Assembly (NCBI GenBank): GCA_036918135.1
Contig: JBALDB010000061.1
Span: 1 to 42,398 of the forward strand
DNA from: Nostoc sp.
Lineage (GTDB): Bacteria; Cyanobacteriota; Cyanobacteriia; Cyanobacteriales; Nostocaceae
DNA: 42,398 bases
Reading direction: 5' to 3'
Shown here: one piece after another, positions 39,479-42,398 of the stretch
Position numbering within the stretch: the first letter of the stretch is position 1
How the letters are laid out: each line of letters starts with the position of its first letter
Notes under the pieces: generated by a model
Database searches by the model: none
Told to the model about the DNA's origin: nothing
The model's input: the letters and a program-made list of their open reading frames with translations, nothing else
Made by a program: the position numbers and the translations under genes

Positions 39479-40444
39479 ATGATATCTGTAGTTGTTTTAA
39501 TCATTGCCGGACTTTTAGATTATTTAATTGGCGATCCTTGGGGTTGGCCTCATCCCGTGCAATTTATGGGGTGGGTAATTTCTCGGTTGACCAAATTTTC
39601 TCTGCAATTGTGTCAAAATTCTCTAACACAACGCCTAGCTGGAATTTTATTAGGTATTATCCTAATAATTGGTAGCGGTGTTATTGGCTTTTTGCTCATT
39701 CAAAGTGCTAGATGGGTGCATCCGCTTTTAGGAATTGCTTTAGAAAGTATTCTTTTGGCTAGTTGTTTTGCTGGCAGAAGTTTGCGAACAGCAGCGGTGG
39801 CTGTTTTACAACCTTTAACAGCAGGAGATTTACCACAAGCGCGTAAGATTTTAAGTAATTATGTTGGTCGAGATACACAAAATCTCTCACAAGCAGAAAT
39901 TTTGCGAGCTGTTTTAGAAACAGTTACAGAAAATGCTACTGATGGGGTAATGGCTCCACTTTTTTATGCAATTATTGGTGTATTTGTGCCAGTTGTGGGG
40001 TCAATTCCCTTAGCTTTAGGATACAAAGCTAGCAGTACCCTTGATTCAATGGTAGGTTATCGGGAAGCACCTTATACTTATTTCGGGTGGTTTAGTGCGC
40101 GGTTGGAAGATTGTTTGACTTGGCTACCTTGTCGGTTAACAGTTATGACTTTGGCACTATTATCGAGTAAACCGATGCATGTTTGGCAAATTTGTCGCCG
40201 AGATGCAATTACCGATCCTAGTCCCAATTCTGGTTGGAGTGAGTGTGCCTATGCTGCTATTTTAGGTGTACAGATGGGCGGTACAAATTGGTATCGTGGG
40301 GTAGCTAAACATAAACCATTGCTAGGAGATGCTATTTATCCCATCACCCCAACTTCTATTTACAATGCTTTGCAACTGACTCGATATTGTTTTTTACTAT
40401 GGTTAGAGATAGCGATCGCTATTTTCTTAATTACTCTCGAATAG
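39479..40444 (+). CDS. cbiB: Adenosylcobinamide-phosphate synthase CbiB/CobD
   Basis: GDP..WPHPV, VGRDT, ETVTEN..DGV.APLF, TLDSMVGY, SPNSGW.E. Confidence 0.95.
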   Translation: MISVVVLIIAGLLDYLIGDPWGWPHPVQFMGWVISRLTKFSLQLCQNSLTQRLAGILLGIILIIGSGVIGFLLIQSARWVHPLLGIALESILLASCFAGRSLRTAAVAVLQPLTAGDLPQARKILSNYVGRDTQNLSQAEILRAVLETVTENATDGVMAPLFYAIIGVFVPVVGSIPLALGYKASSTLDSMVGYREAPYTYFGWFSARLEDCLTWLPCRLTVMTLALLSSKPMHVWQICRRDAITDPSPNSGWSECAYAAILGVQMGGTNWYRGVAKHKPLLGDAIYPITPTSIYNALQLTRYCFLLWLEIAIAIFLITLE

Positions 40445-40564
40445 AGCATTACGGGTGTTGACTGCTGAGTGTTGACTGAGAAGTTATCATTCTCCCCATT
40501 GCCCCTAATCCCCACTTCATGGGGCCTCGAATTCCCCACCTCCCCATCTCCCCTAAAGATAGCC

Positions 40565-41101
40565 ATGTCTGCAAAAGTAGTTGAAATCCTTTCATCAGAA
40601 GAAATTCGTCGTACTTTGAATCGCCTTGCTTCTCAAATTGTCGAAAGGTCGCGTGATTTGTCGCAATTGGTGCTTGTTGGTATATATACCAGAGGTGCGT
40701 TATTGGCTCAATTGTTGGCACGTCAAATTGAGTCCCTCGAAGGTGTAGCTGTTTTAGTCGGTGCTTTGGATATTACATTTTATCGAGATGACCTCGACAA
40801 AATTGGGTTGCGAACTCCGGCGAAAAGTGACATTCCTTTTGACCTGACGGGGAAAACGGTTGTACTCGTAGATGATGTGATTTTCAAAGGAAGGACTATT
40901 CGCGCTGCTTTGAATGCTGTAAATGAGTACGGAAGACCAGAGGTAATTCGTTTGGCTGTGTTGGTAGACAGGGGTCATCGTGAATTACCAATTCACCCAG
41001 ATTTTATTGGTAAGCAGTTACCTACTGCCAAAGAAGAAATTGTCAAAGTCTACTTACAAGATTGTGATGGACGAGATGCAGTGGAGTTGATGGGAGATTA
41101 G
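40565..41101 (+). CDS. pyrR: PyrR bifunctional regulator/uracil phosphoribosyltransferase
   Basis: [33 protein letters not shown]; start at ATG 40565, because the upstream extension is STRR-derived. Confidence 0.95.
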   Translation: MSAKVVEILSSEEIRRTLNRLASQIVERSRDLSQLVLVGIYTRGALLAQLLARQIESLEGVAVLVGALDITFYRDDLDKIGLRTPAKSDIPFDLTGKTVVLVDDVIFKGRTIRAALNAVNEYGRPEVIRLAVLVDRGHRELPIHPDFIGKQLPTAKEEIVKVYLQDCDGRDAVELMGD

Positions 41102-41158
41102 GCATTGAGCATTGGGCATTTGGAGTTGGGAGGCAGAACTACAGCCTATTTCAGGTAA

Positions 41159-41479
41159 ATGAAGCATACGGGTAGGGGCACAGCCATGTTCCTCATGATT
41201 ATCTGTACCTCACCAAGTTACAATCTGCTCTCAGGTGCGTTCCCTGCGATTGTTGGTGTTTTCTGGTGGCTCGTCTGGCGACAGCGCCAGCGGCGCATTC
41301 CTGATAAAAGTTTTCCCTTTGAAGTAATTAAACCGAAATTTCAAGACCTGATGCAGCGGATTTTGAGTGGTGATGACGATCCTTTGGCCAATAGAAACAT
41401 AGCTTACCAACAACGCGTAGCAAATCTTCTCATTCGCAATGAGCTAAAGCGGCTGATAGAAGCACATCGCTCAAAATGA
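41159..41479 (+). pseudogene. Short ORF, probable gene fragment
   Basis: A TM segment and soluble stretch (FPFEVIKP...DDPLANRNIAYQQRV) look protein-like, but the 5' end overlaps a GTAGGGGCAC repeat and the ORF stops abruptly. Confidence 0.4.
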
Positions 41480-41689
41480 AAGCTTGCCTTTAACTCTCAA
41501 CAATTACCGCCACACCCTAAAAGACACTTGGGAAAATCGTAACAACAAGCCAGTAGAAAAATACCCTGCTAGCAGCCAGTTTGGGCTATATTTGGGCTTG
41601 ATTTTTGTTTAAGTCCCGTTAGTCATTGTGAGTGTTGACTGTTGACTGAGGAGTTAAAAATTACTTATTGTCCTCTTATCCCCCTATCT

Positions 41690-41758
41690 CGCGGTTGGTG
41701 AGTTTCGACTACGCGGAAATCGAGCAAAGTCGAAACTCAACTACCGCGAAGTCGAACC
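41690..41758. repeat. Nested small dispersed repeats (TTCGACT/AGTCGAA type)
   Basis: GAGTTTCGACT...AGTCGAAACTC inverted pair within GCGGT...ACCGC, followed by GAAGTCGAACC. Confidence 0.65.
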
Positions 41759-41771
41759 ACATCCCTACACT

Positions 41772-42155
41772 TCACCGTAAAATCGGACTACCGTGATGAT
41801 GAATTAAATACCACTTCCCACCCAAAAGCTGAAATATATTTGTGGCGGTTGATTGAGCTTCGAGTCTTCTTGAACCTACGACTTGAAACACATTTTCTCT
41901 TAGCACAATATAAGCAATATTATCACTAAATTCCGTAGCAATTATATCTGTATTAATTTCAATATAAGCAGTGTTTTTAAATATCTGCTCCCAAGAGTTG
42001 CGAATCTCTTTCCAACCTCGCAACACATTACTTCCTGGATGAATACAAAAACTACCACTTCCTTGTGACCATATTGCACTCATCGCTTCAATATCTTTTC
42101 TTTCAAAAGCTCGATAAAAAGCTGTGTTAGCTACTAAAATTTCATCCTTGGTCAT
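41772..42155 (-). CDS. SnoaL-like/NTF2 family protein
   Basis: ANTAFYRAF..D..AM..IW, CIHPG, ATNIF, W.LIHHHGS. Confidence 0.9.
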   Translation of the reverse strand: MTKDEILVANTAFYRAFERKDIEAMSAIWSQGSGSFCIHPGSNVLRGWKEIRNSWEQIFKNTAYIEINTDIIATEFSDNIAYIVLRENVFQVVGSRRLEAQSTATNIFQLLGGKWYLIHHHGSPILR

Positions 42156-42398
42156 GGGGAGTTCAATAGTTAAGAGTTAGAAGTGAGAAGTTGAGAGTTA
42201 AGAGTTAAAAGTTAGGAATGAGGAGTTAGGAGTTGAAGGTTATTAAATTATAACTATCAATCCGGATTAATTAGTTAATTTTTCAATAGAGGGTTGTTAA
42301 TGCTGGGAGCATCCCAAATGTGCAAAAATAAAGAAAGGAAAATTATTCGCGATGAATACTGGCGAATAATAAGAGTGACTTAATCTTGTGGATCTTCC

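Noticed and set aside
40469..40564. N-terminal extension of PyrR
   Set aside because: It derives from CCCCA-rich short repeats; the family-like sequence begins at ATG 40565.
1..42398. Frequent GCGATCGC octamers as a novel signal
   Set aside because: This is the well-known cyanobacterial HIP1 sequence; only specific placements were reported.

Overview
A 42.4 kb chromosomal segment of a filamentous, probably heterocyst-forming cyanobacterium (Nostoc-like), judged from dense HIP1 GCGATCGC octamers, heptamer STRR runs, the psbD 5' end and the cyAbrB/Rrf2/cbiB/pyrR block. Housekeeping genes (psbD start, ECF-type ATPase, NYN RNase, acyltransferase, sfsA, speY, ClC channel, cbiB, pyrR) alternate with accessory material. 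The accessory material comprises: an intact IS701-family element; a P450 and a 2OG-Fe dioxygenase, the latter behind a canonical NtcA-type promoter; an AraC/TonB-receptor/PepSY iron-uptake cassette bracketed by 41-bp direct repeats; an FAD-oxidoreductase/persulfide-dioxygenase fusion divergent from a GCS2 ligase; two sensor proteins without output domains (a 4-GAF DXCF cyanobacteriochrome and a PAS/GAF protein); a P-loop ATPase overlapping a TPR-array/Uma2-nuclease fusion; and a 42-bp palindromic tandem array plus a MITE upstream of a serine-recombinase-family gene lacking the catalytic motifs. The best candidates for undescribed biology are the ATPase + TPR-Uma2 module, the repeat-bounded iron cassette and the pseudo-recombinase locus. 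All calls come from motif recognition by eye; no searches were run.
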